Below are positions 21,678 to 34,096 of a stretch of DNA of 64,000 bases, piece after piece. The notes beneath the pieces are model-generated. The model was given only the letters and a program-made list of their open reading frames with translations. It was not told where the DNA came from and did no database searches. Each line of letters opens with the position of its first letter. The stretch's first letter is position 1. The DNA lies in assembly GCA_965603825.1 (NCBI GenBank), contig CBFDEM010000032.1:434001-498000 (forward strand). The letters are read 5' to 3'. The stretch comes from Blepharisma stoltei ATCC 30299. Taxonomy: Eukaryota > Protista > Ciliophora. A program made the translations under genes and the position numbers.

Positions 21678-23848
21678 GCTTTATAACGATATAAATTAAT
21701 ATTTCTTTCATCTCTTTCTAAATAATCTCTCTCTATCAAACTTTCAATTCTTTTCTTCACGGTCTTAATATCAGGCGTAAATCTGTGGCTTACCAATTTG
21801 CATACCTCTACAATTAAATTGGGATGCTCAAGTTCCCTTCTTGATTTCATGACTCTTATAATGGCAGACTCAATCACGTGCTTTCTTTCTTCATCCACCA
21901 TGGTTTGGGATTGTGAATTTTTTTCTTTTTCTTTTGATGAAATTATTGTGACTTGGATTCTTTTTAATTTATTTGTGAATTTTGTGTTTAGGGTTAACAC
22001 TGAGTCGTCAGGAAGATCTTTACCTCTTGCTGGCTTTGTGAGGATTTTTGCTTTGACTAGGCCAAGGATGTGCTTTACGAGCTCGTCTTTAAAGCCTCTT
22101 AAAGAAGAAATGATGGAAGTTAAAGGATAATTGTCAGTTTCATTATAAAGCAGCAAAACACAGGCTTGGTAAGTAGAAACTAAAAGCTCGTACTGTTTTC
22201 CTTCGCATCCTATATTGGCTTTTAATATGCAGTTTCCATAGGAATGTTTCCAATTTAAGCGGCGGCCTGAATGCTGAGTCATGTAGAAGTTTGTAAATTT
22301 TTCAGAAATCTGAGCAAGCTGAACTGGCAGCAAAATAGGTTGCAAATCGTCTTGGGGCCAGTAAGTTTGAGTCAGTACTCTAACTTCGAAGTCAAACTGA
22401 GCTGTATTTTGGAAATGATTGCTATCTTGCTTAGCCACTCCCATATCGTTAATCATTCCTTCTATTCTTGATGTATACTGAGATCCACACTCAGTTTTCA
22501 TCAGTCTCACAAATGATTTTTCAGCCTCATCATTAAGACTTTTATCAGATAAAAGCCTTTTAGCTAAATAGTTTTTATAGTAGCTTTCGAAAACATCTTT
22601 ATCTGAAATATACTTAAAAAGGGCTATAATCTTATTCAACTTCAGATCGATTTCTTCGTCACTAATTCCTTTTATTTCTTTTTGAAACAAATAGTCAATG
22701 TAAAGCACAAGTGCCAAAACAATTCTTGGATATTTATTGAAGACATTTTCAAAGCTACGGCGGATTGAGACTTCAGCCATAATATCTCGCTTAAAAGCAC
22801 TTGTATGAATTAAAATAATTTTTTCGCGCAACTCAATAATATCGCTTATAAGCTTTATTGGATTTTTAATAGATTCTTGGTTTTTAACAATTTCTTCACA
22901 TTTTTCTAAAATATAGCGTTCTAAACAGGCATGAATTTCTTTTTGTAAATCATGTGTCCTTTGATAAAGCCTATACATCCTACAAATGTCATTAATACTT
23001 GTATTATTGATCATTTTAGCTAGCCCAGAATCAGAATTCACTAATGCTTTAGCATTTATTTCAATAAAATTCTTATCTACAAGCCTCAATAATGGCTCCA
23101 TTGAAGAAATATCTAAATATGCAAAAACTCTTCGTTTTTCTTCTTCCAGCCTCTCTTCAGCTTTTTTCAAAAATTCTGGCACCTGTATTTCATCAATCAA
23201 AAGCTTTGCTTCATTATTATAAAATATATCAGTTTGCATCAAAAACGAATCTTCTAAAATTTCTTTATACATTTGTCTAGAATTTAAGCCAACTTCAATT
23301 AGCATATTTGATATAGATTTTATCACATCTTTTTCTATGACTTCTCCATTCCTATCCTTATTTATCATTTCCATCAGCAAATTATTTAATTTCGGACATA
23401 ATGTTTCGTCTTTAAAAACTAATTCTTTAAAAGTAATAAGCCCTAAATCATAAATCGGCGTCAGTCTATTTTGCTGTATATACCCCGTCTCCAAATAGCT
23501 CATTAAATTTTTCACGTATCCTGTACAAGTTTTATGGGTATCCCAAAGATCTCTAAACTTCACCAACAAATTTTCCCTTTGAACGCCTTTGAGCTGCTCA
23601 GTGATAATTTTGGTTTTTTCTTCTATGATTGATTTTAACGAGTTATATAGGATTTTTTCCTTTTTGCTCATGGTCAGCGTATAGCAGTATGAGTAATACT
23701 CTTGGTATCTTAATGTGGAAGTCTCAAAGTTATAGATCTGATTGATCGCTTTCGATATTTTTTCAAGCAATTCTTCTGCTTCTTCTACAGAAGCTACTTT
23801 GGCGATGGACTTAAAACTCTTGATTTTAGGCTTTTTCTTATCAGACAT
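21674..23848 (-). CDS. CUL3: Cullin (cullin-3-like), 724 aa
   Basis: Motifs DKDVFESYYKNYLAKRLL, KTECGSQYTSRIEGM and HSGRRLNW. Neddylation motif IIRVMKSR and KKRIESLIERDYLER. Confidence 0.88.
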   Translation of the reverse strand: MSDKKKPKIKSFKSIAKVASVEEAEELLEKISKAINQIYNFETSTLRYQEYYSYCYTLTMSKKEKILYNSLKSIIEEKTKIITEQLKGVQRENLLVKFRDLWDTHKTCTGYVKNLMSYLETGYIQQNRLTPIYDLGLITFKELVFKDETLCPKLNNLLMEMINKDRNGEVIEKDVIKSISNMLIEVGLNSRQMYKEILEDSFLMQTDIFYNNEAKLLIDEIQVPEFLKKAEERLEEEKRRVFAYLDISSMEPLLRLVDKNFIEINAKALVNSDSGLAKMINNTSINDICRMYRLYQRTHDLQKEIHACLERYILEKCEEIVKNQESIKNPIKLISDIIELREKIILIHTSAFKRDIMAEVSIRRSFENVFNKYPRIVLALVLYIDYLFQKEIKGISDEEIDLKLNKIIALFKYISDKDVFESYYKNYLAKRLLSDKSLNDEAEKSFVRLMKTECGSQYTSRIEGMINDMGVAKQDSNHFQNTAQFDFEVRVLTQTYWPQDDLQPILLPVQLAQISEKFTNFYMTQHSGRRLNWKHSYGNCILKANIGCEGKQYELLVSTYQACVLLLYNETDNYPLTSIISSLRGFKDELVKHILGLVKAKILTKPARGKDLPDDSVLTLNTKFTNKLKRIQVTIISSKEKEKNSQSQTMVDEERKHVIESAIIRVMKSRRELEHPNLIVEVCKLVSHRFTPDIKTVKKRIESLIERDYLERDERNINLYRYKA

Positions 23849-23890
23849 TTATAGGTGTCTTTAAAATTAGATAGAAAATTAGAAAGTGGT

Positions 23891-24070
23891 TTAATTAGAC
23901 ATGTTATTTCCATTATTTTTACGCTTTTCTGGAAATGGTTCTAGGGGCTCTGCTTCACGCTTTGTGGAGTTTTGAGGACGATCTCGAACACCAGGAATTT
24001 GAGCTTGAAATTGAGGGCCAACTCGAGTATGCCTAGCCTCTGTAGGAGGTAGCATGTATTTTCTTTCCAT
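23891..24070 (-). CDS. 59-aa microprotein with ELM2-type RVGxxFQAxIP motif; below the ORF-track cutoff
   Basis: MERKYMLPPTEARHTRVGPQFQAQIPGVRD...MSN, ending in TAA. It is a GC-richer island between AT-rich spacers, and the ATG follows an A-rich context like neighbouring genes. Confidence 0.65.
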   Translation of the reverse strand: MERKYMLPPTEARHTRVGPQFQAQIPGVRDRPQNSTKREAEPLEPFPEKRKNNGNNMSN

Positions 24071-24230
24071 TTTAATTATTATAAAGTCATTCTTGAGGAT
24101 TTTTATTATTTCATATAGTTAATGTCTTATAATTTTATATTTTGGAAAGCTAATTGTTTAAATATAAGTGATTACCTTGTCTGGAATTAGCAAAAAGATA
24201 TGAGTTAATTATTTCTACTTATAACTTTCA

Positions 24231-25085
24231 TTAATTAGCTGTCGTATGGGGCCTTATCGTACTAGCCAAATCTAAACTCATGATCTTCAGCGCAAGTGTT
24301 TTTTCGTTCATATTTTGAGTTTTTGCTTGACTTGGAGCTGTCCACAAATGAGAGAGTGTAGACTGTCTCCACTTCGCCTGCGTTGTCGTCTTCCAAAACG
24401 TCGCACAAGGGTCATCAGACCTTCTCATCTTGAATTCATACCCTTTCTCATTTACCTGCCTCGTAAAACTTTTGCTAAATCTTGCATCCAAAGCCAAATT
24501 GCTAATAGCAATGACTGCAAAATCAAATGGAATATGCAAAGTTCTTCCTAATTTTGCTAGATCCTTAATAGCTTTAAATATTGCATTATGAGTGTCTCTG
24601 ACTACATTTTTTTCTAAATAGCATGCCATAGAGATCGGCACTGGGTTGCAGTAAATCATTTGGAAGCCTCTCTGATAAATCGAGCTTTGACTTGCAGGTT
24701 TTTCTAAGAAGTTCTTGCCATGATATCTTGATAAAACATATTGAAGAGATGCATCAGGAACAAAGATGGGATAATTCTTATGGAGATGATGCCTTTCTAG
24801 TCGCTGCTCATTTATGTCTCCGAGATTGGGATTGATGGACCCAATCCTTGGGAGCTCAGTTTCAATGCTGAAAGTGAAAGCTCCAAAGTTTGGGATGTTT
24901 ACGCCTTTTCCTTGTAACAGTTTTTCATGGATGTACTCAACTGTGGCTTTCCAGATCAATTGCATTTGGGAAGCTGGCTCAAGAGGTTTTAAAGACGGGT
25001 TAGAACGGGGCTGAGATCTTGACTGCATCCCTGGGTATCGCTGAGGGTTTTTTAGAATCCACGCTATGATTGCTTCAATATCCAT
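24231..25085 (-). CDS. CCDC81-like HU-domain protein, 284 aa
   Basis: Motifs IWKATVEYI...GKGVNIPNFGAFTF and PIFV, plus a second HU-like unit (IFKAIKDL...LHIPF...F). Confidence 0.65.
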   Translation of the reverse strand: MDIEAIIAWILKNPQRYPGMQSRSQPRSNPSLKPLEPASQMQLIWKATVEYIHEKLLQGKGVNIPNFGAFTFSIETELPRIGSINPNLGDINEQRLERHHLHKNYPIFVPDASLQYVLSRYHGKNFLEKPASQSSIYQRGFQMIYCNPVPISMACYLEKNVVRDTHNAIFKAIKDLAKLGRTLHIPFDFAVIAISNLALDARFSKSFTRQVNEKGYEFKMRRSDDPCATFWKTTTQAKWRQSTLSHLWTAPSQAKTQNMNEKTLALKIMSLDLASTIRPHTTAN

Positions 25086-25135
25086 TATAAAATTCTTTTT
25101 AGAAAATGGAAATTAGCTAGTTATAATAAAAATCA

Positions 25136-28100
25136 TTAATTGGAGCTTTCACGCAAAATGTCATTCGCGAGTTTTTTACGCTCTCTGGCTTCTAAGGGCT
25201 TAGAGGTGATTATTTGTTGCATTAAGACCATTGTGTCCTTTGGGTCTTGGGTTAGATTCATGTATTTTAATAACCCTCTTAAAGTGTCACCAGTGCAGTT
25301 TAATAGATCAGAAGACTCGACCGGCTTTTTGATAAACCTGTGAATATATTCTTGGCCATAAGCAGCAATCCTTATTAGAGCTTCTTCAAATTCTGGATAC
25401 GACAAAATGCTTTGATCAGAAACTTTGTCCTTAGTGATCGATCTAAATATTTTAAGAAGCCTTTCTTGTGGGATAATTCCGGGAATCATGACGAAATTGA
25501 GAGCAAACTTAAGAAACCCTGCATAATCCAGTCCATATGGGGCTTCAATTTTTGACTTTTTCGAAGATTTAGCAGAAATATCAAATAAGACTTCTAAAGA
25601 TTTAGAAAATTCTTCGAGAACTGATCTAATTTCATGGTCTACTGACAGCTGATTTAACGCTAGTTTTTCTTTGTACTCTTGGCTTCTTTTTTGCCTTTGT
25701 TCATCTATAAACTTCATAGATTTCTTTTTGAGCTCATTTAGCTTTTCTTTATTGTTTTCTTCGCTTTCTAAAGCTTTTTTCTTTGCTTCTTCTTTTTCTT
25801 GAGTGATTTTTTTCATTTCAGTAATCATATTTTGAGTTCGCTCTTTCAGTTTCCTCTCAATTTCTTCTCTCCGACTCTCCTTCCATCTTTTCTCCATTTC
25901 TTCCTTTTCTTGCTTTTCAGACTCTTCTTTTTCTTTAATTTCTTTCCAATTCTGCACCATTTTTTTCTTTTCTTTTATTTTTTCTTTTAATTTCTCTTCC
26001 TTTTTCATTTTCCTCTCGTTTTCTCTTGCTTCTTGTTCCTCTTTTAGCTTCTGCTCTTCTCTTTCTTTTCTTTCTTTTTCTTCTTTTAATTTTTGATGTT
26101 CAGCTTCTGTTTGCTTTTTTATTTTTTGGAATTTTTCTTCGAATTTTTGCTGATTCAGTCTTTGTGCCGCAGCTTCCATTTCTTTTTTGTGCAAAGCTTG
26201 ATTTTGAATTTTACTAGGAGGAATAGGGGAAACTGAGACCAAAGTTGCACTGTTTATTTCTACACTGTATAATAAATCCTCTAATACTTTGGCACATTCA
26301 ATAGCATGATCTGTAGGGTATCGATTGATTAGTTGGGAAAGCTCAAAGCGAAGGACTGAAGAAAGGTTTATATAAGGAGGCAATGAAGGAGGAAGAATTT
26401 TATGTCGGGGGCTTTGAGCTTTCATTGGTTTATAGCCTCTTGCACGTGTTACAGGAGTTAAAGAAAGCTGAGGATGGAGAAAATGAACACCCAAAGTATC
26501 AAATAGAAGCTCATCTAATATTTCGATAGAGTTTTTTTGAGATTCCTTTAGCCCAATTTCCTCTGGTATAAAATATGACAGCTCTATATCATGATCTATG
26601 AATTTTTGATAATTTGGAGGCATTTCATATTCTGGGTTTTCTTTTAACATAGAGTTCAAATATTTGACTACTTCTCTGTCTCCATTTCCTGGGTCTGGCT
26701 CATCATAAATTCATGTAGCTTTTCCGCCATTATTTCTAAACTCCATTAATAAGCTGTAATAGTTATAAGAAATTGGCAAAATTGCCTGGGATTTATAGTT
26801 GCTTGCAAGATTCCCTGCAACTTGTATAAGAATTCCTACAAACCCTTTCATGTCAAACATTGTGTCTGATTTTTGGTCTCTTTTAGCATATTCTTTAATA
26901 ATCCAAATAGCGTCTTCTCTTTTCAGAAATGGGCCAAAGATACTATGATCTTTTAATAAAAGCAAAATTTGCGTTTCATTTATGACATCTTCTAGAGGGA
27001 TTTTATGTAACTCAGTGCGATTTTGGGATATTTTCTGATATTTTTGATATTTTCTATATAACAGGCTTAATGGCAGTGCATATCTCTTAGTTATTTTTGA
27101 AATTGTGCTAACTTCATTCGGAGGCTCTTCATTCAGATCTATGTAATACACATTTCCTCCAATTTCTGGGAGGATTTTAGGTGCAATTAAAGCAGTCTCT
27201 GAAAGCCCAAGCTCGATTTTTCTTCTTTCAATAACTGTCCTTGATGACTGTAGCATTTTCATTGATTTATTTTTAAAAAATGTCTCCTGTTCTTTTTTCG
27301 CTTTTTCTGATTGTATTTTCTTATGCTTGATTTTTTCCAAATCATCAGCAATTTTCCCTGTTATTGGTGGAGGTCGATAAATTGCAGGAGACATAATCCC
27401 TGATTCAGCTCTATCGCTCATGGCTTCTCTATATGGCATAATTGACATATTTTGGCTTTCATATTCTCTTATCATTTCATCACTATTTCCAATTATTTCT
27501 AGCAGTACCTCAAAGCCTTTAAAATTGTTCCCAGTTGATCTTTTGACAGTCCTATTTCCTTGCAACAGAATTAATTTGATTTTTTCATTAAAATCCGAAT
27601 TTTCAAGTTTCATAAGCTTGGCTGTTAAATCTAATATTAAATTCCGCTTGTGAAGAATTGTTGTTTCTTCATCAAAATCTTCAACTGTAAGCGGCTGCCC
27701 TAAAACTACAGGCTGATTTAAATATCTCGGCAGCTTCTTTTGCAGAGGTTTTTTCTGTTTTTCAGAAGCAACTATCATATTCAACGCGACTTGCAAGTAT
27801 TTTATGATATATTCTTGCACAATTGGTTTATCAAAAAAACGAGATGTCAACAAGACAAATGGAGTAGAAGCCGCTTTGGAAAATTGAATATCGTTTAAAT
27901 AAACTCGGCCCAATGAATCCAGCATCTGTACTGCATTTTCTGAAGAAATTCTTGGATGCCTTGCAATAGCAATATAAAAGTCAAAATCGAAGATATTCAT
28001 AGAAATTTCTTCAAGAATTTGAAGCTGCTTGAATAAAGGCTCAACAATGATTCCTACAGGCAAGCTTTGGATTTGCTCTAAAAGCTGAATCATGTTGCTC

Positions 28101-29548
28101 ATAATAAACTCTCTCATAGTTTCAGAGCTGTAATTTTCTATAAGTAAAAATGTAAGCGTTTTAAAAAGAATTGGGGCATAAAGATTTTTTGTCTCGTAAA
28201 AGGAATCCAACAATGCGAAAAGTCTTGATAAGCAGCTTATGCGAATCATCCATGATTTATCACGGCATCCTCGTTTAAGGACACTTAGAAACGAGCTTGT
28301 AATGTCTTCTCTTGTTTTGAAATATTCTTGGTACTCCATCCATATATTGCAAAGCAGATTTATCCCAATATGTCTGGTGCTTAAATCTTTATTTGAGTCA
28401 TAGTCACCTTCTCTCAATACAGTTCCTATATAATAGTCAAACAGTCCACTTCTCTTGAAAACTTCTTTATGATTTATTAGCCCTTCAAATAAAGTCTGCA
28501 ATAGAGAAAGATAAATTTTACTATTTTCTGCAGTTTCTTTCATTATATTGCATACGATATTGTTCAAATTGTCTGGGCCGAATTTTACAAAGAGATCAGT
28601 GATATCATTTGCAATTCCTTCTCGAAGTCTCTGCAAAGAAATCACACAAGCACTGACTCCTTCAGACTGAAACCAATCCCATAAAGCACCCATCATATTT
28701 TTCTCTATGAGAACTTCGAATAAGCTGTTGTATAGATCACAGCAGGCATGAGCAATATCTTCATTTTTGCTTAAAAACCCAGGCCTAAAAGCAGAAAGCA
28801 CAAGCTTAATTGACCCATTTGGCTCTTCATTTATCATGAGATCTGTCAATCGGCTTAGGTGCTCAAGAATCGTTTTATACCATGAATAGATCGGTTTTAA
28901 ATCTCCTTTAAGACCTTTGACAATTATGTGGGCAAGGTATTTATTTCCTTGAGTTAGTAAACCTGCAGCTTGCTTTGGTTTTAACTCAAAATATTGGCAA
29001 AACGTGACCAGTAAAAATTCCAAACATGTATCTGTGCTATCTAAGCCTCTATAGACATTGACGCTATCAATATAAAGTGCCCCGTCTTTTGCGATTTTTG
29101 GTTTTTTCCCTTTTTTCTTCAGTGTAGGGGTACTTGAAATTTTTGGTAAAAATCTTTGTGAAGATTTCTCTTTTTCCAAAATTTCTTCTAAGATTTCAAT
29201 CACAATGTCGTTATCCCCAGCCATTATCAAAAGCTTTTTGTCTTCATCAACATTTATGCCAACAGCATCTAATGCTTTGTAAATTATTTTTCAATTGTAA
29301 AGTTTCGCTGATGCTGAGTCTGCTGTTTTCATTGCTTTTGATTCTGGTAGGGGTGAAACCTCTCTATTATTCGCAGACATGATCGTGTGTAACCGTCTTA
29401 TGAGTGGCAATATAAGTTGGCCTGACTCTAGATGCTGAGTGGTAAATGCATCGAGTAGAATTATTTTATTAGGTCCGAAAGCAGGAGGCAGTTCATCAAT
29501 AATACCAGCATTTCGAAGCCATTTCGCTATATCTTCTTTAACTTGCAT
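25136..29548 (-). CDS. Large hypothetical protein: N-terminal CH-like domain, helical (ARM/HEAT-like) middle, charged coiled coil, EF-hand-like C-terminus; about 1470 aa
   Basis: Three track ORFs are in the same frame and join via TGA=Trp. One join gives the CH-like KLYN-W-KIIYKAL...GI...AGD motif. TAA stop. Confidence 0.7.
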
Positions 29549-29705
29549 ATTTATATGAGATTATTTTTATATTTAAAAACAAATTCCTACTCTTTTTCAA
29601 TTTTATTAAACTTATAAATTATATCAAAGTTCTCACAAATAGGTATTTTAATCAATAATTCTAGTAGCCTTTACATATCATTATGTCACAGAAAATAATC
29701 ATAAA

Positions 29706-30317
29706 ATGGACACCATCTTCGGCTTTGTTGGGGCAGATTTCGTTCTATTAGGTGCTGACCGCTCTACAAATTTCTCTATTGTGAGACTTACAGACACTGA
29801 AGATAAAATTTTTTCAATCGACAGCAATAAACTTTTGGCAACAGCTGGAGATCCCAATCTTCGCTCTGATTTCGGAAGTTTAATGCAAAAGAACATGCAT
29901 TTATATCATCTCAGAAATGGAATCAAATTAAGCACTCATGGCACTGCTCATTTTATAAGGACTTATGTTGCAGAAGGTCTGAGAAAAAGCCCATCATATA
30001 CTGATATGCTATTAGCAGGCTTTGATGAAAGCGGCCCTTCCCTATATTATCTTGACTACTTAGGCGTAGTTCAGAAAATTCGTGTTGGATCTCACGGGCA
30101 TGCTGGATCTTTTATTCTCGGACTTTTAGACAATTGGTGGAGTCCTGTAAATTTTATTTAGAACATGACTCTTGAGGAAGCCAAAGAAGTCGCCAAAAAA
30201 TGCGTGAATGAGGTGAAGACCAGGTTTTTAGTTGCTCAGCCAGAATTCATCATAAAAATAGCTGATAAGGTAAGAAATATTCAGAATGGAGTGACGGAGT
30301 TAGAATTATCAGCCTAA
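29706..30317 (+). CDS. PSMB2: 20S proteasome subunit beta type-2 (beta4/PRE1), about 193 aa
   Basis: Motifs MDTIFG, EDKIF, LRKSPS..DMLLAGFDESGPSLYYLDYLG and NMTLEEAKEV..KC..E...RF. 15-nt introns at 30147-30161 and 30270-30284. Confidence 0.92.
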
Positions 30318-30434
30318 CTAAAGATATTATTCAAATTAAGCCTTAATTAATATGGAATTTACAAAATTGTTAATTTCACGTTATTAAAATATTCATCTAA
30401 ATTTCAGCCCTTCTTTTAACCTTTATGATTATAA

Positions 30435-30444
30435 TTGGCGCGAA
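30435..30444. promoter_or_regulatory. Putative E2F/DP binding site (TTGGCGCGAA) just upstream of the RB-related gene
   Basis: The only GC-rich run in an AT-rich spacer. Its reverse complement TTCGCGCCAA is the core of the classic TTTCGCGCCAAA E2F element. Confidence 0.45.
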
Positions 30445-30454
30445 GTAATAAAAA

Positions 30455-32887
30455 ATGAGTGGAGATTTAGCCGCCAATGTCCAAGAGAATGATTTTACTC
30501 AGAATTTAGAAGGAATTCAAAATATTGGTCGACAGACCATAGAGGAAGCACAACAGATGTACGCCTATTTTAAACAGAACGATCCTCACTGAAATGAAAC
30601 CAAAGCCAATAATGTCAAAAAGTGTGCCATACTTGTGGCTTCGAAATCCGTGGTCCTTCATACAGTTGAAGGCGAAGAAATCAAAGGAGATATGCTCAGT
30701 CTATCTCAAATAATCAAAATTTCCTCCGATTCTGATATGAACTCTATGATTCACCAGCTAAAAGAGTTCATTTCAATTGTAAAGATCCCCGAACCTTTAT
30801 CGCATGATATTCATAGGACGATACAGAGCTTTGCGATGTCTCTATTAATCTATAAAAAATTCCAGGAAATATGAAAAACAATTAATTTTCAAGGTGATGT
30901 GGATTATATCCACCAAATTTTCCATACAGCGTGGCTCCTACTTATTACAGCAAGAGCTTATTTGCTAGGCAGAAATGGAGATATTTTTCATTGTGGATGC
31001 TTGATAATTGGCGTTTTGCATTTAGTTCTTACTAATTTGCCAAATTCTGTCTCAGTTAATATGAATGCATCAGCTCTCCCTTATCTGTGCTCGCTTCTTC
31101 AAGCCCAAGCAGATCAAGCTTTGCCTTGGATTGAGAAGCTTTCTCACTTCATTGTCCAAATGAGAGATCAGGGCTTCATTAAATACAAAGGTAATCACCA
31201 AACCGCCAGAATTTTCGCTGAGAACGTGATAAATTTCAATATTACCAGTTTAGGAGCTTATTATCAAAAATCAATGAATTTGGATGATTTTGATGAGAGA
31301 GATTTATCTGGCCCAACCAATAAAATTGCTACCCCTATGAAAAACCGAATGGGGCTAACGCCATTTACAAGAAGAGGAATTGTTAAAAAAGGAGTAAATG
31401 GCAAAACACTTAACTGGGACGAAAATGAAAATAAAATTGACATCCATTCGAATTTGAATGAAATTCCTGCTCAAAGCTCCCCATTTGTTGTTCCTCCCAC
31501 TCCTATGACTTCTGCTATGGAAATGAATTCATGACTTTCTAATGTTTTGGATGAAAATCTTGATTATCAGCTCAGAGAAATCTGCAAAAAGTTAAGCCCA
31601 GATATTTCTGAAGAAATTGAAATTAGATTGGAGAGACAAAGCAATACAATAGAAGATTTATTTACCCAAAGAGGAGTAATTAGCATCAATGGAAATGACA
31701 GAGGATGCCTAGTTCAGTATTTTGACTCTATCGATGGGATGATGGCTCCATCTGCATCAAAAAGCAACCATAAAGTGCAGGAGGTTAAAAAACTTTATAA
31801 GTGCTATTTAATTAAAATGATAAAAGAAGAAATGAGTAAAGAAGAACTAGAAAATGTTTTATTAGTCATGAAAAACGATGCTTTTCATCAATCACTTTAT
31901 GCATGCTGCTTAGAATCCATTTTGTACGCCTATAGCGTCACTTCTATATCATTTGAAGATGTTTTGCATTTTACCCATGTCCTTCCTTTTGAGTTTTGGA
32001 AGCAAATTAATAAGTTTGGAAAAATTGATAGCACAATGCCTCTTCAGTTAAAACGGCACTTCAAAGAAATTGAGATCAAAATTCTTTCTCATTTAGGATG
32101 GAAAGAAGATAGCCCAGTTTATGGTGTGATCAAACAAGTAATTTCAAATAACGAATCTTGCGATATAAACCATAAGTCATTTCAAATGTATTTTAGGAGA
32201 TTTTTGAGCCAAGCTGCTCAGAAAATTTTGGATTTGACGAATGCAATAAATGCCCCAGAGCATGTCAAAGAAAAAATTTGAAGCAGCTTAAAATATTTAT
32301 TGAGCGAAAAGACTGAAATACTGATAAATAGACATTTAGATCAGCTAATTTTATGCACTATTTATGGAGTTTGCAAATTATCTGAGTGCCCTATGAACTT
32401 TAAAACACTTATGGAGAAATATAGTTCATTCTATAATGAGGAAGAAGGGCTATTTAATCATGTTTACATTGATACAGGCCGCTATGAAGATATTATTAAA
32501 TTTTATAATAAAATTTATATACCTTCAATGAAAGATAAGTTGAAAACAAATTGCTTTATGGAAATGCCCAGAATTGGGCAATTATGTCCAGAGAGCCCAT
32601 TAAGAGCTGTTATCCCAACAACGCAATTTGCACAGCCCACTTTAGGACTTAGTGTTCCAAGATCTCCTATAAGGTCTCCATTTTTAACTCCAAGAACAAA
32701 GGCATTGTTTGCAGTGAGTGAATCTCCATCACACAACAGCTGCCTAAATATAAACTTTCCTCAAAAATCATCAAGAGAGCTAGACTTCAATAAAAATGGG
32801 CCTACCAAGAAATTAAAAGTCCTTGCACAGATATTTGATAAGTCCAAAGGTGAAAGCATTGGTACACCAACTTTGAAAAAAGAATAA
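30455..32887 (+). CDS. RBR: Retinoblastoma-related pocket protein, about 810 aa
   Basis: Four track ORFs join via TGA=Trp. RB-A: TPMTSAMEMNSWL and FHQSLYACCLE. RB-B: IW...NRHLDQLILCTIYGVCK and DIIKFYNKIY. C-terminal SP/TP CDK-site cluster. Confidence 0.92.
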
Positions 32888-32932
32888 TTAATTTAATGAC
32901 TTGCATATAATGATTATTTATAATTAGCAATT

Positions 32933-34096
32933 TTATTGGGTTACACAAATATTTCCTTCAGTATGGTCAGAGTAAATATCTGCTATAATGCTTCTTATGG
33001 AATCTAAATCATGCTTTATGCCTATCAAATCTCGAGAAATTTGATGGGCTGATGATTTAGAATAAATATTTTCTTCTCCCATCAAAATTACCTTTAAATT
33101 AACTTGTTTACCTTCTTTAAGCTCTTTAAGAACATTCAATGTCTGCGAAACATCTCGCTTAATTTTTCTAACATCAGAAGAAAAATATAATAAATTTCCC
33201 CCATCACCCTGCTTCATCAACATTTCATTTTCTTCTATCAACTTTGAATTTTCTGCTGACAATATTTCGTTTAATTTTTCTAATTCTTGGATCTTTTGAG
33301 TAAATAATCTTTCTTCTTCTTTCTTAATTTCATTTTGATCTAAATCAATTATAACAGACCTTCGGAAATTTTTAAAATTTCCTTCACTTCCTGCCTCTTG
33401 CAAAGATTGAACTTTATTTATTGTACCTGATGATCTATTTCTAATTGTGTCATCTTTTCTTATTAGTTGAAGTTCTAATTCTTTCATTCTTCTATTTTTC
33501 TCTTTGATAATTTTTTTCAAATTTTCTAATTCAATGCTCATCATTATTTTACTTTTTTTCTCTTTTTCTTCAAAGACCTTTTCCAAATTTCTTATTTCTT
33601 CATTTCTTTTAATTAATTCTTTTTCTCACTTTTCAGTCAGTTTAACTATATCATTTGTCTGTCTGTTTTTGTATTTTCCCTTGAGTTTTTCGTTTTCTTG
33701 GGCAAGCAGTTCGATTTTATTCTCAAATTCATCTAACGTAATTGTCATTTGTTCAACAAGCTTTTCAAGTTCATTAATATGATATTCCTTTTGCTTGATC
33801 TCTAATTTTAGATCTAGGATTATTTTTGATGTAAAGGAAAAGTCTTTACCTGATGTTGTAGTTTCTAAATAGTCTGACTGAATTACGGGAGACCCAGTGA
33901 GGCTTGTATTAAGTGAAGAATTTGGAGATTTATAGTCGGATTTTTTATTATAGGTTGACAAAGAGTGAGGAATATTGAATGAGGATGTAGATTGAGGGGT
34001 TGCATCGGGGATAAGTAGTGCGGAGGATGTATAAAGAGGAGAATATTTTGGAGATGTTGGAATGATTGTATCAGTATAGCCTCGTCTTCTTGACAT
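32933..34096 (-). CDS. CEP85-like coiled-coil protein with CaaX end (CVTQ), 387 aa
   Basis: Two track ORFs join via one TGA. The C-terminus (EGKQVNLKVILMG...IRSIIADIYSDHTEGNICVTQ) resembles my recollection of the CEP85/CEP85L tail. Confidence 0.6.
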
